Positions 11,504 to 31,600 of a stretch of 64,000 bases of DNA are shown piece by piece (positions within the stretch are counted from its first letter, which is position 1; the number at the start of each line of letters is the position of its first letter). The notes below the pieces were generated by a model that saw nothing but the letters and a program-made list of their open reading frames with translations, searched no databases and was not told where the DNA came from. The DNA comes from Camelus dromedarius (Eukaryota), in assembly GCF_036321535.1 (NCBI RefSeq), contig NC_087462.1:9672001-9736000 (forward strand), in the 5' to 3' direction. A program made the position numbers and the translations under genes.

Positions 11504-13121
11504 GGAGCGCGACGCTGCCGGCGGGGATCCCCCCCCCCCCCCCGCCACTATTAAAGCATTTTCCTCGCTTAGCCTACCACCGTTTTTGTTGGGAGCTGGA
11601 GAGCAGCGACGAGTCGGACTCGGACGGACATGAATCCTCCTCAAATTTCTGGTGGCCCAGGGGGAGAAATCTTGGATTGGTCTGGAAGGCGGAATGGGAA
11701 CTCAGACCTTGCCAAGTGCCTTTTTACGCTTTTGAATTAGGAAGAATTTCTAACATAAGCAACAGTCCACAGAATGGTACAGTGAACGCCCGTGTGACCT
11801 TGTACACCTCTCTGACCACCAATACCTGCAACACATCCTGCCCTCTCCTGAGATGCAAATCTCAGGCATCAGGTTATTTCTTCTGTAAATACTTCAGAAC
11901 GCATCTCTCCAAGATAAAGACCCTTTAATACATATTCGCAAAACTTTTCAGAGCTTAAAAAAATGGTCAATAATTCCTAATGTCATTAAAAGTCTAATAA
12001 ATATTTAAATTTCTACTTGTCTTATAAATGTCATAATTCTCAGTTCCAGAAAGGCTTGTAGTGAGGTGGGAAGGGTTTGAATTCATCACCTATCCCTTGG
12101 AAATGGGCTGTGTGATCTTGAGCAAGACCTTAGCTCTTTGAGGTGCATTTGGTTCCTATAAAATGAGGTGCTCTTTTCTCTTTCACTGCTTTGTCATATT
12201 GAGTACTTCCTCAATAAGTCCTTGTTCTCTCCAGGCTGTAAGGCTGGTGAGGGGGTGGGAAGCTTGATCGTACCCAGGAAGTTTGGACACAGTGGAGTCA
12301 GGGCTGGGCGGAGGATTGTGAGGGCTCTGGAGCCTAGAGGAGGCACCTGATTTAGTCTTGGGAAGAACGCAGCCAGGAAAGGTTTCCTGGAGGAGGTGGT
12401 AAGATCTGGGACGGCCACAGGGAGGAGGGATTGGACAGGGATAGGGATAAAAGGTGGTCGAGGGTGGCCGGAGAGGTCCAGATTTTGGGGCCGAGGAGGT
12501 GGAACTGGATCTCTGGAGTACTAGGGAGCTACAGGAAGTGTTTGAACAAGAGTCTGAGCTGTCAGTTCAAAGATACTCAAGAAGCTAGTGAGGGAGCAGC
12601 TTAGATACACTGAAACCTAAGGTTGGAACTCCAGGGAGGAGGCTGGGAGTATTGTTACGGTGAGTCCGCATTATTCCGGGGTTGCCGTGAGAATCCCATA
12701 AGCTACCATATGAAAAAGGGTAGCAAACGCTAGAAACAGACCTACAGGACCTCCGAGAGTTGTGGACTACAAATCCCAAGAGGCTTTGGGGGCGGGGCCC
12801 CCGCCCACTTCCGGATTTTACTCCTCACCGCTTGCAAGTCCCGGGCGGGGTTTTGCTCTCTCAACCGAACTTGACCACGAAGGGTGGAGGCGTGACGACC
12901 AATGGGCGCGTGACTTAGCCGGATTTGGCCAATGGGAGCGCGCAAATACCGCATAACCTGGAGGCGGGGCTAGAGGGCGGGCCAATGACGGAAGGGCGGC
13001 CGCACCATCAGTGTGGGCTGTGCCGTGGCTGGAAGTTACTGTGCGGCGGCGGCTAAGGCGGCTGCGGTGGCGGTGGCGGCGGCTGAGGCGGTGGCTGAGG
13101 CGGCGACGGAGAAAACAAAAG

Positions 13122-19873
<6,752 letters not shown>

Positions 19874-22628
19874 GACTCCCGCTCCCCCACAGGCGCCTCC
19901 TGTCTTGTCTGCTCCTCGCCCGCCCGCCTTGTGTAAGCGCCCCCACCCACTCCTGCCGCCGGCCCACCCATGCCCCACAGTCCACACCACTTCCAACCTC
20001 ATAGGAGCCGATGTATTTATTTTCCCTGAGTTTTTATTTATGCTGTAAAATGTACCAAGCGATGGTTAAAGGGGACGTCAGACCCAGTAGTAGTGTGATG
20101 TTGGTAGATGCTTTTTAAAAAAACAACCTGTTACTCACCTCTCCACCTCCAGTCCCCCTCCTCTTGCTCCCCAGTTCTCCTCTGGAAAACTGGAGTGAGT
20201 CTGCGAGGGTCTAGAGCCAGGGCCCTGCTGTGGCCTGGTGGCGGGGGTGGAAGCAGGCCTTACTCCCGGCTCCCACCTGCCGGTCTGGGCCTTAAAGACT
20301 TTGCCTTGTCTCGAGCTCCACCGGGACCTATTCGGTGCCCAGACCTTGCTCTGAGCATGCGTAAGGGGGAGAAGTCAGCCCTTCTGGATCTTTCTCTTAA
20401 GTCATTTTATCATGGACTAGTGCGTGCTCCGTGTCCACCCCAATAAAAGGATCTTTCCTACCCGATCTCGCGTTTTTGCTCGGCGTGCCTCAGCCCCAGA
20501 GGACGGAGCCACTGAGAGTCATCCCATCATCACCAAGAGGAGCCAAGGGGGGCCCCCCAGGCACTGGGGCCCCAGGACCAGCTGGATTCTCTCGTGGGCC
20601 TGCTGTGGCCGTCTCGCTCAGAGCCAAGACCTGCCTGGACCCGCCCCTCTGCCTCACCTGTCAAGGTGTCCCTGAGGACCAAGGCACCCCCAGAGAGATG
20701 GTCCATGCTGCCGAGGATGGAGTTGTGGTGGACCCCACGCTCAGGACCCTGGCGAGCAGAGTGGCATGCCCACCAGCCACTGTGGACACCACACAGGTGG
20801 CCCGGCCTCATGCACCCCTGGCTCAGAGAGGAGGCACCCGGAGCGCCGCGGAATGCCCACCGTTGGTCCACGGGTTCTACAGCCACTCATGGGCCGCCAG
20901 CTGGGCTGGGTTTGCGGCTGAGCCCAGACACATAGGGGTCATTTGGGCTCTGGGCAGAAGGTTCAAGGCCTGAGTGCAAGCCAGAGTTTTGGAGCTGAGT
21001 GCTGGGGTGTTGGGGGTGGTGAGGGGTTGGGCCATGGGGCAGGCCCCGCCTCAGCTGCCCAGCACCTCCCAGGTGGAAGGTTCCATGGTCGGCCACCCAG
21101 CCATGCTGGGGGTGCTCAGCTCTGGGCATGTCTACACCATTCATTTCTTATGGTCCCAAGGCAGGTCCTCAGGAAAGGCAAGCTTGACCGTGGTTGTGCC
21201 TGGGAGGGCTAAGTCCCTAGAGGCTCGCAGACTGGCTTGGAATCCCCCAGTCACAGGGCTTGGCCTGACCCTGGGCAGGCATGTGGCATCACCATTTGTT
21301 GGTGGCTGAGTTGAGGGCAGGACTTCAGCTTCAAAGGCCATGGGGCTGAGTGGGAGCCAGCTGTAGCCTGTCCTTCCTGGAGACTCACTCACACCTCCCT
21401 GGCTCCAGTTCCCCCTTTGAGGGGCTGGGTTCTGTCTCTTGCCAGTGCCATCCACAATGTAGGCAGGGGTCCCACAGCCTCCCTGTGGCCTCCTAGCACA
21501 GGGCCGTCAAACGGCCTCCACCCACCCCTCTGTCTCTGGGGCCCCCCTTACTCTGCTCCCCCAGTCACCAAACTGCCTTCCCACACCTCTGTGCCTTTGC
21601 ACAGGCTGCTGTCCTGCCTCCAGTGAACCCTGACTTCTTTCACAGCACCCCCTCAAAGTGCCCCTTCCTCACACTGGCCCCCCCCAGGCTCCCCGCCCTG
21701 GGGTGGGGCCCATCAGGCTCTAGCCTTTGGATGTGGATATGCCTAAGAGCGGAAAAGGCCACATCTATCCCTGATCACACAGTGAAGAGTCCCAGTGACT
21801 TGGGTCTGACAGCTGTCCCACAGTGGGGCATCCAGCAGTTCCCCAGTGCCACCACCAAACATGACATCCCCTCAACACCATGACTCAGGCACCAGGTGCC
21901 TTCTGATTTCCACACCCCAGCTTTTCCATACCACCCCTGACTCTTAAGATGGCGACCTGGGAAGTAGATGTGCCAGAAAGTGCAGCCCTGCAGGACTGAG
22001 GCCCAAACTGCTGAGTCCTGTCAACACTTTAAGATTTCTTCCTTTCTCTCGGAGGTTGAAGACAGGGCCTGAGGCTCTATAGCTCCTCCCAGGGGCCCCT
22101 GGGCCTGGAATTGGCCCTCAAATCTGGGCCGTTTCAGAGGCAGCACAGTCTGGAGTTTTCCATCCATGGCCTGGAGACCTAGTTCTTAGGAGGAGCTCCT
22201 CAAGGGTCACAGGACAGACAGGAGGGGAGCCCACCCTGGGCCTGCCAGGCCCCCAGAGAGCTGGCACCAACCTCAAGTCATTAGGCCCTTGAGTCCCCTT
22301 TCCACTGCTACATCCTTGGGCACTGTCGAAATATACTTTTTATTGCATTTCTGCCGTTTTACAAAAATATGACAAAATAAATTAAAAACAAATAAATAAT
22401 CGCCTATTCTGTGTGTTTTCTGTTGTGTTTTTGGGATTTCCTTTCATTTCCCCCATCCTGGTAGAAAGGGAAACGGCAGATAGAGGGGCCCCTGGAGGGG
22501 CTGTCCCAGGAGGGGACAGCCAATACTGGGGTACATCTGGCTGGGCGGAAGCGTTTTCTGGAAGGCAGCCGCCGCCCGGGTCCGTGGTTGATATTGCATA
22601 TGAAAACAGGAAGGCAGGGTGGGTGGAG

Positions 22629-25600
22629 CTAATGCCAGCCGCTGGGCCAGCACACGGCCTGGGGGCTGGGGCTGGGGCTGGGCGAAGGCGCCGGGGGCTC
22701 TGAGGGCTCGGAGGAGGGAGGCGGCGGCGGTGGGAGGCTGTAGAAGCTGGCGTCCCCCGGCAGGGGCTGGGGGGCGGGCGGGGGCCCGGCGAGGGCGCAG
22801 GGCGGGCACTCGGCGGTGGCCGGAGCCTGGCGGGGGGCGGTGCCCTCGCCCCCGCAGCCCCACGGCCCGTCCCACTGCCAGCAGCCGGCGGGTGGCGTCG
22901 GGGGCCGGGGCAGCGGTGTTGGCGGCGGCTGTGGCGGCGGCGCAGGGCTCCGGCTGCGGCGGGTGCGGAGGGCGGGGGCGCCCATGGGGGCCAGCGCTGT
23001 CCCTGCGGAGGCGAGAGGGGCCGTTCCGGGGAGTTGCCGCCCCCGCCGCTGGGGACCCTGCCCGCGCTCCCTCCCGGGCTTTCAGGCACATCGAGGGCCT
23101 TATTGCTTCTGATCAGACAAGGGATAGGCTTCTTCGGGTGCATTCCCCGCCTCTGGGCACTGGTCGCCTCCCCCTCACGGAGAGAGGAGTCTGAGGAAGT
23201 CCCTCTGACTTCAGACCTATGTCCCTGGTGCTACAGCTGCCACCTCTTGGGCTCCCTGGGATGGGCTGCTGGACCCCAGGCTGGGATGAGGTGGGAGGGG
23301 TGTCAGCAAGGCCTGTGGCTCTGCTCAGCACACATATGGGTGCAGCCTGTGGCTGAGTGCCCTGAACTCCCTGGGTGAGCAGCCCTAGCCCCACCTTCAA
23401 GGAAGGCCTCCTCCAACAGCTGGGCTGCAGGTTGGGGACTTGCATAGAGGCCTGGGGGGTCCAGTCCCCCCAGAATGAGCTGGCTGTGGGATCTCATGGG
23501 GGCAGGAGAGGCAGGGCCAGATGGTGAAGGGGTCTCCCTCATCTCTCCTGGCACCAGAGCATGGCAGGCAGGCGCCCTGGGACGGACACTGGGACAGGGG
23601 ACTTTGGCATCCCTCCCTGGAGATGAGGAGGGTCAGGCACAGGGCTCCAGGCTCTCAGGGGTCCCGGAAAGAGAGTAGGCTTTGACCGAGACACTCCAGG
23701 TGCCACATACCCAGGTCCTCAACTGGTACTGGAGACTGGGCCTCCTCTCTTCCCTTTAGCCCCTCTCCCCAGGCCTGGACACCCCACCCCTACCCCCAAA
23801 GCCTGGCCTGGAATCCCCACCCCCGAGTTAAAGCTTGTGACCTGAGCCTTCCTCTTCGGGCCGGGGTGTGTCCGGCTCCTCAGCTGTAGCCTCGTCCGCC
23901 GGCCCACTCCGCTGGGCCCGGCCACTGCCACCGCCGGGGGTCCCGTCCTGCCGGGCCTGCCCGCCCGCCCCGTTGGACCCGGCCTCAGCCCGGGCCCCGC
24001 CGAAGGGGAAGAGCTTGCCGGCGTGGAAGGCCTTGGGTGGCGAGTGGCTACGCTCAGGGTCCCGCCGGGTCTCAGGTGACTTGAGGAATTTGAAGCTGAG
24101 GAAAGCTGGCAGGCGGGTGTCGCTACCCGTGGGCGACTGGGCAGGGGGCGGCCGGGCGGTGAGGCCAGCCCCCACGCTAGCCAGTGAGGACGCGGCCCCG
24201 GATGACAGGAACTTGCTCTGCAGTGGGATGATCTGCTTCAGCTTCATGACGTTGTTAGGTGCCAGCAGGGACCCTGGGCGCTTGGGCCGCTCTGGCCCAT
24301 GACTGCCTGCCCCACTGCCCTTGGCCTTGGCTGAGGCCTTCTCAGGGGCAGCCGGGTCCTGCCCGGAGCCCTCAGCCCGAGCCTCCTCCCGTCCACTGGT
24401 GTCGCGCTCCCTCCGGGCGTGATGCTCCGCGTGGCGCTGGCGCTCCTCCTCCTCCCGCCTCCGCCGCTGCTGCTGCTGATAGCGGTGCTGGGCCTGGCGC
24501 TCATGTCTCTGCGGGCAGAACAGAGCCATTATGGAGACTGGGAAGAGGGGGTATGTGAGTGGGTGCCCACCCAGGCCCAGGCCCATGCCAGTGCTCTCTA
24601 CCAAAGTGGGGAGAAATCCAAACACTCACTGGGTGATTGCTGCATCCCTAGACCCACCCTGGGGCTCTGTAGAAGTGCTGAGAGATCTAAACACTTATTG
24701 GGCACCAACTGCATCCCTGGACCCATGCCAGTACTTTCTGAGAATCAAGAAGAGAATGAACATTTACTGGCCACCAACTCTGTCCCTGGTCACATGCCAG
24801 ACACTGTTTTAGGAATTGGGAGAGTATAAACAAATATTGGGCTTCAACGATTCCCTGCTTTCTGGAGAACTGGTGAGACAGAGCTGTGACTGGGTCAGAA
24901 CAGGGTCCACACTGGCCAGTCCAATGGCCGCACGTGCCTTTGTCAATGTCAATTAAAATCATTCAAAGACAAGACAAGACAAGACAAGACAAGACAAGAA
25001 AAGAAAAGAAAAGAAAAGTAAAGAAAAAAATTCTGTTTCTCAGTTGCACCAGCCCCATTTCAAGCACTCATTGGCCATCTGTAATGAGGGGCTACATGGG
25101 CAGGGCAGATCTAGAACACTTCCATCATCGTGGATAGCTCCGCTGGTCAGTGCCAACGAGCTCCTTGGCCCGCCCTGCAGCTTTCTGAGGAATGCGGCAG
25201 AGGCTGGGCTTCTAGGAAGCATCAGCTGTGTCCCTGGCCCCAAACAGGGCAATGCTGGGTGAGCTGGCAGATGACAGTTCATGAGCACCAGTCTGGTGCT
25301 GGACTGGATACCACCAGGATTCCGAAAGGGACCGGGCCCCTTCGGAATGCCAATTACTACACTGAGCTCTGCTCATCTGCCCTCCTGCTAAGGACTTGGC
25401 TGCCAGCCAGGTGGGGTGGAGAAGCCCCACTTAGCAGAGAAGGAAAGCATTTCCCAGCCCCTGTACCTTAAATGCCTCCCGGCGCTGGTACTCCAGCTTG
25501 GCCATCTCCTCAGCCACCCAGCCTGGGATGTCGGGGATGGCCACGTGGATGAGGTACTTGAGGAGCAGAGCGAAGTGCTGAGGTGACAGAGAAGGAGGCT

Positions 25601-28600
25601 GCAGGCGCGGGGATGCCTACCCACCACCTGGCTCCCCCGCCCGGCCGCCAGGCCCACCTCAAGCACCACCACAGACACGATGGCCGCCTCGGGGCTGAGC
25701 CAGGGGAAGAGGCGCTGCAGCTGCCCACACTGGCCAATGAGATAGCAGTTGACCACGATTGCTAGGACACCCATGACCTCCATCACCTTCTGCAGGAGGA
25801 ACACTGGGGCTCAGGTGGGGTCCAGCCACCCTCCCCAGCCCATTCTCCTCCTCAGTGGACCCCCGCTCCAAGCCCTCGGCCCAACTTCCCACCTGCCACT
25901 GGCCAATGCTCTCCACCCGCTGCCCAAAGGGCCGCTGCAGCCCCGTGCACAGCTTGAGGGCGTCGCTGCGGATCTCGATGAGGTTGTTGACCAGAGCGCA
26001 GAGGGCGGCCAGCGGGAAGGCAGACGAGAAGAGCACGACGTAGCCAAACTGCACAAACATCTCCTGGTAGTCCTGGAACGTGTCCTGTGGACGGGCACCT
26101 GGGCGTGGCCTAGGGCTCTCCCTCCGACCAGGCCACGTCTTCCCTCAGACCTTCTTCCTCTTATCAAGCCCACTTCCCTCACATTATCCTGCATGGACCC
26201 AGAGCTCCCCCTTTGGCAGGTTGCTGACCACAACAAGGGTCCCCTGACTCCTTCCCGTCACCCCAACCCCACCCCCACCCTCAGACTGTGTGCTGCGCCC
26301 CTCTGAGGGCCCTGCTTCCACCCTCAGGTGCCCTCCACACCTCATATTTCTTCATACAGCTCTCCAGCTCGGCCTGGGTGAGCTGGGGTGAGTGTTCCTC
26401 CTCTGGTGGGTCGATCCAAGATGACCTGTTCTGCCGACGCTGCCTCCGAGCTGAGTCACCCGAACCTGGCTCTGGGTCCGGGCCCCCATCAGGCCCCTGA
26501 TCTCGGCCCTCGCCTCCGGCCCGGCGAAGCAGAACAGCCGGGGGTTCCCGCTCAGGGCTGCTGGGAGTCCCTTCGGCCTCATCATCTTCCTCAGCCAATG
26601 TGAACACACTTGGTTCCAGCCCCTTCTCCACCATGGTAGGGCTCCCCTCCTCCAGGAGGGCCTCTGGGCTTGGGCCAGGTCGACGCCGCCCAGACCCTCG
26701 CTCAGCAAAGCTGACCTTCTTCAGTCGGAGCCCGCAGTCCAGGAGGCCGTCTTCTTCACCTTCGTCCTCATCCTCATCCTCCTCTTCCTCATCCTCATCC
26801 TCGTCCTCCTCCTCCTCCTCCTTGCCCCCCCGAGGCCCATCCCCTATTTCCCCACCTTCCCCCGCGGGCCGCCGCTCCATTGTGGCTTCCTCCTCCTCCT
26901 CAGGAGCCCCACAGCCCCCGCTGAGACACCTGCGCCCCCCACCACTGCTGCTGCCACCACCACCCTCTTCAGCCTGGGGTTCGAGGTGGTGGAGTGCAGG
27001 GCGCCGGAGGCTCAGCAGGCCAAGTAGGGCACGGGCCAGCTCCCAAGCGGCCCGCAGGCCAAGCTCGCCACGGCCCAGTCGCCGGTACAGATGGGGCTGC
27101 AGCACCTCCCGAACATTCTGGAGGAACTGGCGGGTGATCAGCAGGGTGGCCAGCATCTGGGGGCAGGAAGGGGATGGAGAAAGGCCACGTGGGGGGCAGG
27201 CGGTGCCCCAGGCACTTGGACAGGCTGTGCGGAGACAGGCCACCCTCCTGGAGCATACGGTTGCACACACGCCCTGAACCCAATTTGGATGACCCTGGAC
27301 AGGGAGGCAACCCCAAACCACAGCCCAGCAGGCCACAGCGCTCCTAGCCAAACTCCTAGGAAGCCTCAGGCCTCCATGCTTGCATCACCACCTGGGAGCT
27401 TAGCTGGTCCCCGGGGCCTGGAGGGGCCCCCGCCACTTGCACCTCATCAGCTGAGCCCCGTCCCCTCAGAGCATGCACCCTCAGCTCGGCGTGAGGCCTC
27501 CAGCACAGCCACACTGCCCACCCTGGCGAGGCCCCGAGGGCTCGCCATCTGCCCGTACTTTGGCCCGGGCCACGAGCAGGAGACCCTGGAGGGAGAGGAG
27601 GAACAGGCGGAACCGCAGGGCCACGAGCGGGACCAGCACCGCCCAAAGCTGCCGCTCGAGGCTCTGGGACAGGGACAGGACGATCAGGAGCTGTGGAGGG
27701 ATGGATGGACAGGTGGACGGACAGATGGAGGGAGCAACAGGCAGAGAGGACACACAGACGGATGGACAGAGAGGAGAAAAGGATGGAGGAGGAGGGGAGG
27801 GGCTGGAGAGCCCGTGGACCCCTTGGGCCAGGTCTGGCCCACTAGGGTGCCACAGAGGGCGCTGCCTCCAGCCAGGGTCTCACCTCTTTCAGGCGCTCCA
27901 TGTCTTTGAGGTAGAAGCCAATATAGAATAGGCTCAGGTATGAGTTGACGAATTGGAACTGTTGAAAGCAGGCAGGTGGGTGGTCACTCTGAGGCCGCGA
28001 CCCTAGAAGCCCCCACACGCCTCCTGCAGAGCCCCCGCCTGCCTGCTGACCACCACTCACCAGGACAACCTTGATAATGAGGTGCTTCTCGTAGGCGCTC
28101 TCCAGCCGGTAATTCTCTAGGGGCCAAGGAGGTGAGTGAGGGGGTGGCCCAGACTGCCTTGGGCACCTGGGACCCCATAGGGCAGTGGGGCCCTTCCTCC
28201 TGGGGGGTGGGCAGTGGGACGTACCCATGTCATTGAGCCAGACAGCCAGCTTCTTGTAGCCCTCTGCGCTTGCACTGACCAGCAGGGCTAGCATGACTTT
28301 TGGCAGGAAGCGGGCGAGACGGGGCAGTCCCTTCACGCTCAGCACCAGCTCCTGCAGGGATATGGGGTTCATGGATCACCCCAGCAGCTGGGCTGGGCTT
28401 GGGGTACACCTGGATAGGTGGTCGCCAGGGTGGGCCAAGGCCAGGGCTAGGGGCCAGAGGTCACCTGCAGCTGGAAGCAGCCGAGCATGAGCAGGAACAC
28501 GCAGGCCAGGCAGGTGAGGCACAGGGGGAGACTCACGAGCAGCTGGAAGAGCAGCCGCTTCCAGGGAGGGTAGTAGAATTCTTCAGCCCGAGTCACGGGG

Positions 28601-31600
28601 CTGATGCGTCGCACGCCCTGCCAGAGGGTGGAGCCCAGGCCTAACATGAGATCAGAGGGGCTGCCTCTGCCTCATACCCTTCCCAGTCCTTCGAACTCAG
28701 CGTCCCTGTCTCTCCCCACCTAGTGCACCCTTCCCAGTCCCTCAAACCCAATTTCCCACCCCTCTCCCTCTGAGCATGTGGAGTCCCCACTTGGCATACC
28801 CTCTTGGATGCTGCAGCCCTATTTCATACGTCCCTTTGTTCCCGTAGGGACCCCCACCCCCCGACCAGTGTGCTTTCTCCCCTTCACCCAATTTTGGACG
28901 TTCTCAGACCCTCCCCAACTGACCCTGAACTGGGGTCGTGGCTCCTCCACGGCTTCCCCAGGTGAGTCCAACGTTCCCCACTTATAGGCCAGCTCCGCCC
29001 CCCTCCGTTTCCACTCCTCCAGGAACAGCGTTGACCAGACCACGTTGAAGAGGGCAAAGACCACACAGGATACATCCCGGCTTGTCTGAGGGTAGCAGAA
29101 GAGGGCTGAAATGTCTGGCGCAAGTAGGGGAGTATCTTGGGTGCCCCAATCCCTGTCCAGTCCACACACGGCACCTGATCAGCCTCCGTGAATGTGTACA
29201 GGACAGAGCCAAAGACAGCTGGGTACACCATTGCTGATGTGTAGAAACCCAGCCAGGCGAAGTACATGGCAATCTTGACTCCAAAGTAGTCGCAGATCTC
29301 ATCTGCCAGGGATAGAGGGGTCCCAGTTAGCCCTGCCTGCCTCCTGGGACCCCTCACCCATCCCCCAGCCTGGGCCACACCTAGAGGCTGGTTTTCACAC
29401 ACAGCCTGCACCCATGACTTCATGAGGCGGTTCAGGATGCGCTGCTCGTGGACTGGAAACACCTGTTGGATGATCCCTCGGGCCGCCAGTTCAGGGACTG
29501 TTGGGGGACAAGAATGGGTGACCCCACCCTTCTGCCTGTGCTGGGTTTGGCCAGCCCCTCCTTGGCTGAAACCCAAGTCACAGCTTTTTGTCTGCTCTTA
29601 AACTTGTAGAGCCTCTTCCCAGGGGAGTTCTGAATGGAAGGAATATTTGGTTCTCCTTGGAAATTTGGGAGGTGCAGGGGCTGGGGGTAAGTGTGCAGGA
29701 AACCTGGAAGAGTGGGGCCCTAGTGGGGAACCATGTTTTTAAATAGATATTTGCTCAAAATGTCTGAGGAATGGTGCAAAGCTGGCTTTAGAAAGTGAGC
29801 TTGCAGTGGCTGGTTTCCTGGAGGGGAAACTGAGGCTCGGCAGCACCTCACAATACACCTAGTGCTGTCCATGGTCCTGCCCCTACCTTATCCCAGACCC
29901 AAAAAAGAATTTCTCTGGGACCTGCTTCTGAGGGGACAAGCCCCACCCCTTTGCTAAGGCCACATCCCATCAGTTCATTGATCTATCTCCAGGTGCCCCC
30001 CCCCAACTCTTCAGTAGCCCTTGATTGGTTGCATATAGGCCCCGCCTTCCAGCCCTTCCTACTTTGATACCTCCTCTTAGGATCCCAGCCGACACCCCAC
30101 ATATGATTGGAAGGTTGGCCCCGCCTCACTCACTGATTGGCTGGTCTTCCAGAAAGCGCACGTTGTGCAGTGCCTCGCCCTGCTTGGCACGTAGGTTCTG
30201 CAGCCAGAAGCGGATGATGCTCTGGCGCTCCTGCAGGGGATAGGGCGTGAGCACAGGGAGCAGCTGCCCACGGGCTAGGAATGTGCGCTGGGGGCCAGAG
30301 CCGGCCGCACCTGGGAGGTGAAGAAGCGCAGCTCACTCTCCACATTCTCGTAGATGAAGTCCTCCTCGCAGGAGAATCCGCGGGTGCCCCCGCCAAACTC
30401 AGCCTTCACTGCTTTGCGCAGACCCAGCTCGTCGGCCCCTCTGAGTAGGCTGCGGGAAGGGCAGGGGAGGTGGGATCACGGGGAGACCCTGGCTCACCAT
30501 CCTGGAACTAGGGATGGTGTACCTGGTGGCCGCCTGGGACAAATGCAGGGTGGCTGGACCTCGCAGTTGGCGCTTGGAAGGGCGGGGAGCTGAGGAGCAG
30601 GGTCAGCGNNNNNNNNNNNNNNNNNNNNNNNNNNNNNNNNNNNNNNNNNNNNNNNNNNNNNNNNNNNNNNNNNNNNNNNNNNNNNNNNNNNNNNNNNNNN
30701 NNNNNNNNNNNNNNNNNNNNNNNNNNNNNNNNNNNNNNNNNNNNNNNNNNNNNNNNNNNNNNNNNNNNNNNNNNNNNNNNNNNNNNNNNNNNNNNNNNNN
30801 NNNNGGTCCCAGGCCTCCTACAGACTCAGGGGAGCCCTGCTTAGGGGAGCTCAGTCTGGGTCCTGGGCGGGTGGCACAGGTACCTGGGAAGGTCATCAAT
30901 ACGTCGCAATTCTCTGTGGGCACCGTCTTCATCCATGCCTTGTGGGACACCAGATACCGACCCACCTGCAGGAGCCGCTTCCCAAAAAGCTTATCTGGGA
31001 AGCAGGCAGGGCAGGCTGGGGTCAGGCCATTCCCGGATCAGGACCCTGGTCTTCAGTCTTGGTCCCTCCAGCCCTCACACCTGATCTCACAATCGCCAGG
31101 GTTCCTCGGCACTCATTCTGGCATTTAAGTCCCTGTGAGCTCTGGGTTTGGCTTGTTTCCTTCCCTTCACGTCCTTGCACCAGCCAGGCCCTTCTCTAGG
31201 AATGCCCTTCCCCCAGGTCCTCCCTTACAAATCTTACTCATTCTTGAGGCCCAGCTCCGCCTCCAAAACCACAATCGATAGGACGCTCACTAGCAGCTCT
31301 GTGCACCTCACCACATTATGTCAGCTCGTCCTCATAGTTGGGTGCGGTTCTTACCCCCATTTCACAGGTGAGGCAACTGAGGCCCAGAGCATTTAAGTCA
31401 CGCGCCCAAGGTCACACAGTTGAGCAGGATTCGAACCCAATACTGTATGATTCTTTATCCTCTGCGGAGAGGCTCTCTCAAGTGCATCACTGCCCGGCCT
31501 CGATCCGGTAGCCCAAGGGGTGACTGGGTTCAGTCCCTGGCCGGGGCTCTAGGAGGGGCGTGTCCGGGTCTCTGCGCTGGGACCCACCACCCGCTGCACC

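Noticed and set aside
23828-23841. ANO8 short isoform ending GSGHKL* by last-intron retention
   Set aside because: A stop soon after a donor is expected by chance; no poly(A) signal noticed in that intron to support it.
26600-27909. Long + strand ORFs (225 and 272 aa) and other antisense ORFs over GC-rich exons (e.g. 22382-23194, 31420-32395, 60865-61710)
   Set aside because: Shadow frames of real exons or CpG islands, where stop codons are scarce; low-complexity P/R/G/S products with no recognisable domain.
30449-30884. ANO8 frameshift or pseudogene
   Set aside because: The phase mismatch is explained by an exon inside the N-gap; the other 17 exons are intact.
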